From: Alphaproteobacteria bacterium | Lineage (GTDB): Bacteria > Pseudomonadota > Alphaproteobacteria > UBA9655 | Assembly: GCA_021731585.1 (NCBI GenBank) | Contig: JAKFXB010000124.1 | Location: forward strand, 9,313-73,312 | Reading direction: 5' to 3' | Length of the DNA: 64,000 bases | Shown here: in pieces, positions 17,753 through 25,998 of the stretch | Numbering within the stretch: the stretch's first letter is position 1 | Layout: each line of letters opens with the position of its first letter | Position numbers and translations under genes: made by a program | The notes under the pieces: generated by a model | Told to the model about the DNA's origin: nothing | The model's input: only the letters and a program-made list of their open reading frames with translations | Databases searched by the model: none

Positions 17753-18714
17753 CCTCTTCCTCCCCGCGTCCCCTTGTTCTGGATTTAGATGGAACCTTAC
17801 TGCGCACCGACACCTTTCATGAAATGATGGCTCAAGTGCTGCGAAAAAAGCCGTGGGTACTTTTTTTACTGCCCTTTTGGCTTTGGAAAAGCCGGGCTTA
17901 CGCTAAAGTTCGCCTTGCTGAGCATGCAGAACTCGACCCATCTATCCTTCCCTATAATCCTGTCCTTCTTGCCTTTGCTGAAAAGGAAGCTCAATCAGGG
18001 CGCTCTCTCCTCCTTGCCACAGGAACCAATCAAACGGTTGCTGAAAGCATCGCGAGCCATTTTGGCTTTTTCCAAGAGGTGATTGGAAGTGATCTTCAAA
18101 CCAATATGACCGGCCTCAAAAAACAACAAGCCCTTCTCGTGCGATTTGGCGCTCAAGGCTTTGATTATGCTGGAGATTCTTCTATTGATACCCACATTTG
18201 GCAAGTGTGCGCAAAGGCGCTGGTTGTTCATCCCAAGCGGGGCGTTTTAAAGGCGGCAGCCAACTTAAAAGATCCCTCCGATCTTGATTATTTTCCGCGG
18301 GAAAAAAAACGTTCCTGGGCCCTTCTTCAAGCCCTGCGCCCCTTCTTTTGGAGCTTGAATTTATGGCTCTTACCCTCTTGGCCTCTCATTATTTTGTGGA
18401 GTGCTTTTACCTCAGGCCTTCTCATCACCGGCGATCTTTTAAACCTTTACCGAGCACGGGTCAGCAAATCCCATTCCTCTCAATTCGCAGAAGGTCATCT
18501 GCATTTGATTACAGCTTTTTTTCTCTCAGCCCTTCTCCTGAGTTTCCCCCTCCTTGTTTTTATGTTGAGAGCCCCTTGGGAAGGATTTATAGCCCTCGTT
18601 TATACTCCCCTTTTCATGGTCATAGATCGCTTGACCCGGCCCCTTCATCCCGGAGTCCGGTGGACTATTTTAGGGGTAAGTCAACTTTTAGCTTTAAGTA
18701 TATTTGCAAGCTAA
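17743..18714 (+). CDS. HAD-type hydrolase domain fused to a short, degenerate UbiA-like membrane domain
   Basis: HAD motif I LVLDLDGTLL at the N-terminus. The C-terminal ~130 aa is hydrophobic and carries GDLLNLYRAR where UbiA enzymes have NDxxDxxxD. The protein is shorter than the fusions I know. Confidence 0.6.
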   Translation: MLLTSSSPRPLVLDLDGTLLRTDTFHEMMAQVLRKKPWVLFLLPFWLWKSRAYAKVRLAEHAELDPSILPYNPVLLAFAEKEAQSGRSLLLATGTNQTVAESIASHFGFFQEVIGSDLQTNMTGLKKQQALLVRFGAQGFDYAGDSSIDTHIWQVCAKALVVHPKRGVLKAAANLKDPSDLDYFPREKKRSWALLQALRPFFWSLNLWLLPSWPLIILWSAFTSGLLITGDLLNLYRARVSKSHSSQFAEGHLHLITAFFLSALLLSFPLLVFMLRAPWEGFIALVYTPLFMVIDRLTRPLHPGVRWTILGVSQLLALSIFAS

Positions 18715-19359
18715 TTCAACCACATCCTCATAAATCGCCACAGGCTGAAGACTGTTTTCCAAACGAAGCCGATTCACATGCATCAAAATTTGGGCCTTTG
18801 AAAAATAATGCCCCTCTTTCCAGTAATATAATCCTCGTTTGATTAAATTTCCTCCCACAAGGCAGAAACCTTCAGAAACCGCCCAGGTTTCAATATGTTG
18901 AGCCGTAATGTAACAGGGATCGGCATCTACCTTTTCTTTTCTTACCTTGTCAGGAATTTTGCCCTTAATCAGAATATACGTCGGCGACGATTGAAGAGAA
19001 TACCCCTCATTTCCCTTTAATGATGAAGGCGTTGCCGTCACCCAAGTCCCTTTTTCGAGGGCATGTTGTGCTTTCTTTAAGTTTTCATTAGGGGCATAAA
19101 GGGAAAGAATTTGTCGCATTCTTTCAATTTCAGTAAAAGTGCTTGCTTTTAAGCTGGGTGACGCCCGCTTTCCCTTTCTCCGTCCCGGTCTTGATGAGAT
19201 TTTTCTTAAGCCCAAGTGGGTAATTTTCTTACTCACCGCATTCAGAGTTTTTCCTAAAGCTAACGCTATAATTTTAAGCTGTATTTTCTCTTCTATTGAT
19301 TTTTTAATACAAAGGTTTTCCCAGACCTCCCACCGTGGCTTTATTTTTACCTCAGCCAT
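18694..19359 (-). CDS. hypothetical protein with GcrA-like N-terminal HTH
   Basis: 221 aa. The N-terminal IIALALGKTLNAVSKKITHLGLRK resembles the GcrA motif (IA..LG.tRNAViGKvHRLGL). The C-terminal part is unrelated to GcrA. Confidence 0.5.
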   Translation of the reverse strand: MAEVKIKPRWEVWENLCIKKSIEEKIQLKIIALALGKTLNAVSKKITHLGLRKISSRPGRRKGKRASPSLKASTFTEIERMRQILSLYAPNENLKKAQHALEKGTWVTATPSSLKGNEGYSLQSSPTYILIKGKIPDKVRKEKVDADPCYITAQHIETWAVSEGFCLVGGNLIKRGLYYWKEGHYFSKAQILMHVNRLRLENSLQPVAIYEDVVELACKYT

Positions 19360-19535
19360 AAACTTTTCTCCCTTATGTTTATGAAAGATATTTTTTACAT
19401 ATTAGACATGCAAAAACCAATAAATTATAATTGCCAATATTTTCAGCAATTGTCAAGAATTTTTGAAATTCTTAATTAGCCATATCATCAATCAATTTTG
19501 CAGGAGAGTTAGAAATGTAATATAAAACTCATGAA

Positions 19536-19558
19536 ACAGCCCCCTGCATGGGGGCTGT
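19536..19558. terminator. GC-rich hairpin downstream of 19600-20049 (minus)
   Basis: acagccccc tgcat gggggctgt forms a 9-bp stem. The U-tract is weak. Confidence 0.4.
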
Positions 19559-19599
19559 TCACCATCCTCTAATTAGACTTAGCTCACAAACTTATTTGC

Positions 19600-20049
19600 C
19601 TATTCGCCGTATCTCCAAAATTCATACCAAGCAGGAGGGGTCCGCGTAATATCTTCGATTTGGAAGTCTACAGTAGAGCCTGAAAAGTTAGGATGTAGAC
19701 TCCACATAACATTGTTTCCTTCATCATAAGTCGTTGGAACACCATAGTGAAATTGCCATCCTACTCCATTAGGCCCCATAGTCTGCTGAATTTTACCGCT
19801 AATGCTCTCACCATCGTGAGCCATTTCCCGAAGAAGACCTGCTGGAATATGCTCATTCAAGATTTTATAAGTACGTCCATCCGCTTTAAAAGTCTTGTCC
19901 GGACTCTCTAAAGCTTTTTCAATTTGTATAGCCTTTATACTTCCGCTTCTTCCTTCACTAAGAAAATCATCTGAGTCATCTGCAAGCGCAAGACTGTTAA
20001 TTGCTATGACGCTAACAACCGTCAAATATATGATATTTACTTTAAACAT
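19600..20049 (-). CDS. hypothetical secreted protein
   Basis: 149-aa ORF with an N-terminal signal peptide (MFKVNIIYLTVVSVIAINSLALA). No recognisable domain. Confidence 0.6.
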   Translation of the reverse strand: MFKVNIIYLTVVSVIAINSLALADDSDDFLSEGRSGSIKAIQIEKALESPDKTFKADGRTYKILNEHIPAGLLREMAHDGESISGKIQQTMGPNGVGWQFHYGVPTTYDEGNNVMWSLHPNFSGSTVDFQIEDITRTPPAWYEFWRYGE

Positions 20050-20204
20050 AACAACACCTTAACATACTATTACCATTACTTAATAATAACATTAAAATGA
20101 TTAAAAAAAAGTAAAAGCCTCTCATCTCAAGATCTTCATGCGTAACCACTGATTATACCTTGAATCTCACCTCAAACTAACTTAGCTTTACTTCAATATA
20201 GAAA

Positions 20205-20681
20205 ATGAAAAGGGTGAGTTTGATGTTCAATGTTAAGACAATAATGTCAATAATGTTAGTTACAGGCCTTGCAAGCCTGACCTGTCAATCTCAGGCTTGG
20301 GCTATAGCAGGCAAGGATGATTTTGACACTCCTGACATTGCATATCTCCCAATTTCACCAGAACATGAATTGGAGCCCCCACAAGAAGAACCCCCTAGTG
20401 TCGCAACTCAGTTCCAAATGGAACAGGTAGAAAATAAAAGACTGAAAGCCTTAAAAACCGCACTTCAGGCGAAAAACAAAAAACTGAAAGCCAAATTAGC
20501 CGCCTTACAGGCTCCACAAAGTGCGCTGGCTCCTGAGCCTGAACCTGGATTAAAAAGCTCAGACAAGAAAACTAAGAAAAAAGCAAGAAAAGCAGTTAGA
20601 TTGAAAAAGAAAAAAAGAAGTCATGGGCCCTATTCACATAAAAGCGATGACCTTTCATTACGAAGCGTGCTTAAGAGTTGA
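20205..20681 (+). CDS. hypothetical secreted protein with coiled-coil and poly-lysine C-terminus
   Basis: Signal peptide, then an acidic/Pro-rich stretch, a K/A/L heptad-like region, and KKTKKKARKAVRLKKKKR. The 3' end overlaps the nnr 3' end by 52 nt. Confidence 0.5.
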   Translation: MKRVSLMFNVKTIMSIMLVTGLASLTCQSQAWAIAGKDDFDTPDIAYLPISPEHELEPPQEEPPSVATQFQMEQVENKRLKALKTALQAKNKKLKAKLAALQAPQSALAPEPEPGLKSSDKKTKKKARKAVRLKKKKRSHGPYSHKSDDLSLRSVLKS

Positions 20682-22072
20682 AGAATCCCGGGGATTTCTC
20701 CTAATAAATCTTCTGCAATGAGACCAAGCCCAATGCGGTTTGCAGCTTCCCCATGGATCCAAACGGCAGCTGCTGCTGCTTGGAAAGGATCAATATCCTG
20801 CGCTAAAAGGCCGGCCATAAGCCCTGCGAGTACGTCCCCTGTCCCCGCCGTTGAAAGGGTAGCTGGCGCATTGCCATTGATGATAATCTCCCCCTTCGGA
20901 GACGCAATAATGGTATAATAACCCTTCAACACAATGATGGCTCCCGCCTCAGCCGCTGCTTTATGGGCTTTTTCAACTTTGTTTTTGAGAAAGGAAAGGT
21001 GGGGAAAGAGGCGTTGAAATTCTCCCTCATGGGGAGTCAAAATAACATTTTCATGAAGATGGCGGGTCAGCTCAAGGGTGCGGCCTTCAAAACTGGACAG
21101 AGCGCCCCCATCCAACACACAGGGTTTTTTTGACTCCAGCAACAAAATTGCTTGCTGACGTGTTGACTCCTGCGGCAAAGCGCCTGTCCCCCACAGCAAG
21201 GAATGGGAGTGACCATCGAGGATCCAATTAAGAAATTCCTGAGCTGATCCCAAAGGCGTCACAATATCACCCCAGGCAACCCCAGCAAAAATGGGATATT
21301 CTTCCACCTTACACATCAAGCGCACAAGACCTGCCCCAATGCGACGTGCAGCGAGAGAGGCCAATCTTACGGCTCCTGGCATACTGCCTGCCCCCACAAT
21401 CAAACAGCTTCCTCGAGAATATTTATGATCCAAGGGTTGAGGTTCCTTAAGGGAATTCACCCAAAGGAAGGGGGCGTTTAAAAAAATATTTGTCTGAGGC
21501 AATAAAGGTTCTATAATCCCAATATCTTCCACAAAGAGCTTGCCACAAAGAAGGCGGCCCGGCACAAGGTAATGTCCTGGCCTTGCTCTGAAAAAAGTTA
21601 CCGTAAGGGTAGCCTTGACAGCCGCCCCATAACATTGACCCGAATTGGTTTCAATACCTGTGGGAATATCAATCGCTATCACGGGTTTACTCGAATTATT
21701 AATAAGATGAACAAGGCTTAAAATATCCCCTTGAAGAGGTTGGGATAGACCTGTTCCAAAGATTCCATCCACTACCAGATCGGTTTCTTGAAGCGCGTCT
21801 TCAAGATCAGAAATTTGAGGAAGATTATTGGTGACTATAACTTTTACAGGCCAGCCTTCAATTTTTAAAAGGCGCGCCACCACCTGACCATCGCCACCAT
21901 TTTTGCCAGGACCGCAAAAAACAAGGACCTGCCTTGGAGGAAATTGACTTAAGATCACCTCAACGACAGCCTTCCCAGCCCGCTCCATCAGGTCTTTTTC
22001 CGTAACCCCTGTTTCTATAGCCTTTGCTTCAGCCATTTTCATTAATTCGACTGTTAAAAGTTCTTGGCTCAC
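20630..22072 (-). CDS. nnr: bifunctional NAD(P)H-hydrate repair enzyme (epimerase/dehydratase)
   Basis: YjeF_N motif CGPGKNGGDG and the C-terminal carbohydrate-kinase motif GTGDVLAG, in 480 aa. Confidence 0.9.
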   Translation of the reverse strand: MSQELLTVELMKMAEAKAIETGVTEKDLMERAGKAVVEVILSQFPPRQVLVFCGPGKNGGDGQVVARLLKIEGWPVKVIVTNNLPQISDLEDALQETDLVVDGIFGTGLSQPLQGDILSLVHLINNSSKPVIAIDIPTGIETNSGQCYGAAVKATLTVTFFRARPGHYLVPGRLLCGKLFVEDIGIIEPLLPQTNIFLNAPFLWVNSLKEPQPLDHKYSRGSCLIVGAGSMPGAVRLASLAARRIGAGLVRLMCKVEEYPIFAGVAWGDIVTPLGSAQEFLNWILDGHSHSLLWGTGALPQESTRQQAILLLESKKPCVLDGGALSSFEGRTLELTRHLHENVILTPHEGEFQRLFPHLSFLKNKVEKAHKAAAEAGAIIVLKGYYTIIASPKGEIIINGNAPATLSTAGTGDVLAGLMAGLLAQDIDPFQAAAAAVWIHGEAANRIGLGLIAEDLLGEIPGILQLLSTLRNERSSLLCE

Positions 22073-22329
22073 AAACCTCTCCTTACAGATTTTTTTATTT
22101 CATTATAAACTATCTCATGAAAACCATAAGGAAATATTAAAAAGAGCGTGTCAAAAACAGACAAACCTGTCTTAAATTTGTACTCACCAACAAATGAACA
22201 TTTGACGAAAGATGAAAAAGATGATAGTGCAGTGCTGTTTTAGGTAAGTTGTTCCTAAAATTAGTGAATATTTGTTTTTAACTAGGAAAATGTTGACCCT
22301 ATTCGGCAACACAAAAGGAAGATAAATTC

Positions 22330-23880
22330 ATGTCAGTAAAACCACTCCCGCAGAAAGGGCCTGAGTTCTCAAAGCTCCGTGCTGCGATTTGGCCTATCCA
22401 AGGTTCAGAAATGAAAAAGTTTCTACCGATGGGCCTTATGATGTTCTTTATTCTCTTCAACTACACCATTTTAAGAGACACCAAGGATACGCTTGTTGTT
22501 GGTGCCTCTGGTGCAGAGGCTATTAACTTCCTCAAGTTCTGGGGAGTGACGCCAACGTCTATTCTCTTCGTGATCTTGTATGCAAAGCTCAGCAACGTCC
22601 TTTCAAAGGAAAATCTTTTCTATACATGTATTGTTCCTTTCATTGCTTTCTTTGGTGCTTTTGCGTTCATCATCTATCCCAACAAAGATCTCCTCCATCC
22701 TTCTGTTGAGACAGTTGAAGCCTTACAGCAGTCCATTCCAGCCTTAAGATTTATTTTTGCCCTTTGGGGAGCTTGGTCTTACTCCATCTTCTATATTATG
22801 GCAGAAATGTGGGGCAGTGTTGTTGTTTCTCTTTTGTTCTGGCAGTTTGCTAACGAAATTACTCGAACAAATGAAGCCAAGCGATTTTATGCTCTTTTCC
22901 CGCTTCTTGGAAACATTGCCCTTATCCTTTCTGGTCAAACCGTAACCTATTTCTCCACGATTCGTGATGTAAATAGTGCGGATGCTTGGGGAACCAGCTT
23001 AAACTATATGATGGGAACTGTTGTCCTTGCCGGCCTTGCTACCGCAGCCATTTATTGGTGGATGAACCGCGCAGTTTTGACTGATCCTTTCTATTATGAT
23101 GCGGCATCAGAAACACCGAAGGAAAAGAAGAAGGATAAGCCAAAACTTTCCATTGTTGAAAGCTTTAAGTATCTCTTTACCTCCCGGTATTTAGGTTTCA
23201 TTGCTTTGCTCGTCTTGGGTTACGGCATGGCTATTAACCTTGTAGAAGTCACATGGAAGAGCCAATTAAAGCTTCTCTATACCGTTGACGGTGTTTTCAG
23301 TGAAAATAGCTACAGTGCTTTCATGGGCAACTTCTCTACCTTCACAGGTATTGCAACCATTGCTTTGATCATTATGTGTAAGGGCATTGTGGGCCGTTTT
23401 GGATGGTTCACTGGTGCGATTCTCACGCCAATCATTCTCCTGATCACAGGTGGACTCTTTTACATATTTGTGATTTTCCGTGATAGTCTCGACTGGATAA
23501 CAGTTGCCATGGGAATGACCCCTGTCTTCTTGGCTGTCATGATTGGAGCGGCTCAAAACATTTTGAGCAAGGGAACAAAGTACTCCCTCTTCGACCCAAC
23601 TAAAGAAATGTCTTATATTCCTCTTGACCAAGAGCTCAAGGTGAAAGGTAAGGCTGCGGTTGACGTTATTGGTGGTCGTTTGGGTAAATCCGGTGGTGCT
23701 GTTGTTCAACAGTTCCTCCTGCTAACCGTTTCAACGACAGCGACACAAATTACGATTGCACCTTACTCTTGCGCTATTATGGTTGTAGTCATCCTCGCAT
23801 GGATGTATGCAGCCGGTGGCTTGAGCACAATGTACAATCAAAAAGTCGCGGAAAAAGAACGCGAACTTCAAACCGCTTAA
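22330..23880 (+). CDS. tlc: ATP/ADP translocase (nucleotide transporter, NTT/Tlc family)
   Basis: 516 aa with about 12 TM segments. The N-terminal signature KFLPMGLMMFFILFNYTILRDTKDTLVV is characteristic of Rickettsia/Chlamydia Tlc/Npt proteins. Confidence 0.92.
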   Translation: MSVKPLPQKGPEFSKLRAAIWPIQGSEMKKFLPMGLMMFFILFNYTILRDTKDTLVVGASGAEAINFLKFWGVTPTSILFVILYAKLSNVLSKENLFYTCIVPFIAFFGAFAFIIYPNKDLLHPSVETVEALQQSIPALRFIFALWGAWSYSIFYIMAEMWGSVVVSLLFWQFANEITRTNEAKRFYALFPLLGNIALILSGQTVTYFSTIRDVNSADAWGTSLNYMMGTVVLAGLATAAIYWWMNRAVLTDPFYYDAASETPKEKKKDKPKLSIVESFKYLFTSRYLGFIALLVLGYGMAINLVEVTWKSQLKLLYTVDGVFSENSYSAFMGNFSTFTGIATIALIIMCKGIVGRFGWFTGAILTPIILLITGGLFYIFVIFRDSLDWITVAMGMTPVFLAVMIGAAQNILSKGTKYSLFDPTKEMSYIPLDQELKVKGKAAVDVIGGRLGKSGGAVVQQFLLLTVSTTATQITIAPYSCAIMVVVILAWMYAAGGLSTMYNQKVAEKERELQTA

Positions 23881-23899
23881 CTTTTTAAAGTCTCCCTGT

Positions 23900-23933
23900 A
23901 ACCCCTCCCTCAGCCGTCGCTTTGGGAGGGGTT
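23900..23933 (+). terminator. hairpin terminator after tlc
   Basis: aacccctccc, a 14-nt loop, then gggaggggtt, followed by a T-rich tail. Confidence 0.45.
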
Positions 23934-24105
23934 ATCTTGTTGATTTGTAACTATTTAACACATCCTGCAGTAACGTCAGGGCCATTTCACCAATCTCTCA
24001 AAAAAAAGCCCTCAGTATTTAGTTAACTCATTGATTTTTATCGATACTTTCCATTTGAACTTCCTCCCTCTTCCTGTCTAAACTTAGCTTCGTTTAGCAC
24101 TTTAT

Positions 24106-25467
24106 ATGGATGGTTTCATGGCAACAGTGAGCAAAGCAATTTCCCGAAATATCCAAGGTACTTTTGGAAAAGTTTTTTCTGCAGAAAAGGGTAGTTATAC
24201 CTATTGGCGCATGCGCACCTTATACGCAGCCATCATAGGATACGCCGCTTTTTATTTAGTTCGACAAAATTTTTCCATGTGCATCCCAGGCATTATGGAA
24301 GAATTTTCTTACACAAAAGTTGATCTGGGCTGGATTGCCACGATTTTTTCCATTGTTTATGGCATTGGAAAGTTTGTTAACGGCTATTTAAGCGACCGTT
24401 CGGATGCCCGCTATTTCATGGCAACAGGACTATTTCTTTCAGCTCTTGTTAGTTTTTTTATGGGCTTTGGGTCAGGCCTTTTTTTCTTTGCAGTGCTTTG
24501 GGGATTAAATGCTTGTTTTCAATCCATGGGATGGCCTCCTTGTGGCCGTCTTATTACCCATTGGTTTAGCCCCACCGAACTAGGTTCAAAATGGGCTTTT
24601 GCGGCGTCTGCCCATCAACTTGGCGCGATGGCCATTTTTGCTATCGGAGGTTTTCTGATTGAACACTATGGATGGCGCTCTGCCTTTATCGTTCCTGCCT
24701 TTTTTTCCATAGGCATTTCCTTATTTTTAATTAATCGCCTTCGCGATACTCCCAGAGAAGTTGGTCTCCCCCCCGTTGAAGAATATAAAGGAGACGTCAC
24801 TCATGTGGCCAAAATTTATCAAGAGCGCATTACCATTAAAGAAGTTTTTACAGTTGTTCTTGCCAATAAACTTGTATGGTTTATGGCCCTTGCCAATATG
24901 TGTGTTTATATCCCTCGCGCGGGTTTTTTCTTTTGGGCACCAACCTTCTTAAAGGAATTTAAAGGCGTTACCCTTATAGCTGCAGGCATGCTCCTGGTCG
25001 GTTTTGAAATTGCGGCCCTTATTGGTGGTGTTGCGGCTGGATGGATTTCCGATAAATTTTTCCGCGGCCGTCGTGGCCCTGTAGGAACCTTCTTCCTCAT
25101 TGCTCTTGCCATTAATTTATTCATTTTTTGGAAAATTCCCCCCGGCTATCCCTTTTTTGATGCCTTGTGCCTTATACTTGTTGGTTTTCTTAGTAATGGC
25201 CCTCAGGTCCTCAATGGTGTTGCCACAGCTGACTTTGCCTCAAAACGGGCTGTAGGTGTGGGCACAGGCATAACAGGTACTTTCGGGTATGCGGGATCAG
25301 CCATTGCAGGCGTGGGCTTGGGCTATATTGTTGAACAGTATGGGTGGGAAGGTGGTTTTATGCTCTTTATCATGGCTGCCCTCCTTGGCGCGTTCTTCTT
25401 TGCTCTGACCTGGAACAACCGAGCCAAAATCTTGGATGAACAAGAAGCTATTGATACGCCCTACTAA
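24106..25467 (+). CDS. MFS organophosphate:phosphate antiporter (GlpT/UhpC family)
   Basis: 453 aa. YAAFYLVRQNFS, GYLSDR and the 12-TM layout are typical of glycerol-3-P/hexose-P transporters. Confidence 0.85.
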   Translation: MDGFMATVSKAISRNIQGTFGKVFSAEKGSYTYWRMRTLYAAIIGYAAFYLVRQNFSMCIPGIMEEFSYTKVDLGWIATIFSIVYGIGKFVNGYLSDRSDARYFMATGLFLSALVSFFMGFGSGLFFFAVLWGLNACFQSMGWPPCGRLITHWFSPTELGSKWAFAASAHQLGAMAIFAIGGFLIEHYGWRSAFIVPAFFSIGISLFLINRLRDTPREVGLPPVEEYKGDVTHVAKIYQERITIKEVFTVVLANKLVWFMALANMCVYIPRAGFFFWAPTFLKEFKGVTLIAAGMLLVGFEIAALIGGVAAGWISDKFFRGRRGPVGTFFLIALAINLFIFWKIPPGYPFFDALCLILVGFLSNGPQVLNGVATADFASKRAVGVGTGITGTFGYAGSAIAGVGLGYIVEQYGWEGGFMLFIMAALLGAFFFALTWNNRAKILDEQEAIDTPY

Positions 25468-25493
25468 CCTTTTGTTTTTTCTATTTTCCTTTT

Positions 25494-25544
25494 AAAAATA
25501 CCTTGTAAATTCGAAATCCAGGTTCGAGATTGCAAGGTATTTTT
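25494..25544. terminator. bidirectional hairpin between convergent genes
   Basis: aaaaataccttg ... caaggtattttt gives a 12-bp stem with an inner tcgaa/ttcga hairpin. A/T tracts lie on both sides. Confidence 0.45.
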
Positions 25545-25560
25545 GTTTAAATTTTATCCT

Positions 25561-25890
25561 CTAAACAGAGAAGGAACTTCCACACCCACAGGAGGAGGAA
25601 GCTAGGGGGTTTTTGACCTGAAATGAAGCGCCAATGAGCTCTTCAACAAAATCAATCTCCGCCTCTTCTACAAAGGGAAGGGAGGCCTCATCTATGACAA
25701 TCTTCACGCCCTTGTTTTCAAAGGTGTGGTCATCTTCATGCAGTTCATGATCCAAAGAGAAATTGTATTGAAAGCCTGCACAGCCACCACCATTCACCAT
25801 AACCCGGAAAAAAGCCGCACTTGGATTCGGCTCCTTTTCAATCAAGTTTGAAATCTTTTTAGCTGCACTTTCAGTTAATTTTAATGACAT
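25561..25890 (-). CDS. erpA: iron-sulfur cluster insertion protein (A-type carrier)
   Basis: 109 aa, HesB/IscA fold motifs GGGCAGFQY and the C-terminal CGCGSSF. Confidence 0.88.
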   Translation of the reverse strand: MSLKLTESAAKKISNLIEKEPNPSAAFFRVMVNGGGCAGFQYNFSLDHELHEDDHTFENKGVKIVIDEASLPFVEEAEIDFVEELIGASFQVKNPLASSSCGCGSSFSV

Positions 25891-25998
25891 TAAAAATCCT
25901 TGGTATATACCTTTTCACTATAATCCAACCCTTTTCCTAAAGATAGCCTGTTGGAGGATATCTCCACATATGGTAAAAGCATTTAGAACAGTTTACAT

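Noticed and set aside
18348-18842. 164-aa ORF in an alternative frame
   Set aside because: It overlaps the hydrophobic C-terminal part of the HAD-UbiA-like gene and the convergent gene. Its composition is Pro/Ser-rich, typical of an off-frame reading.
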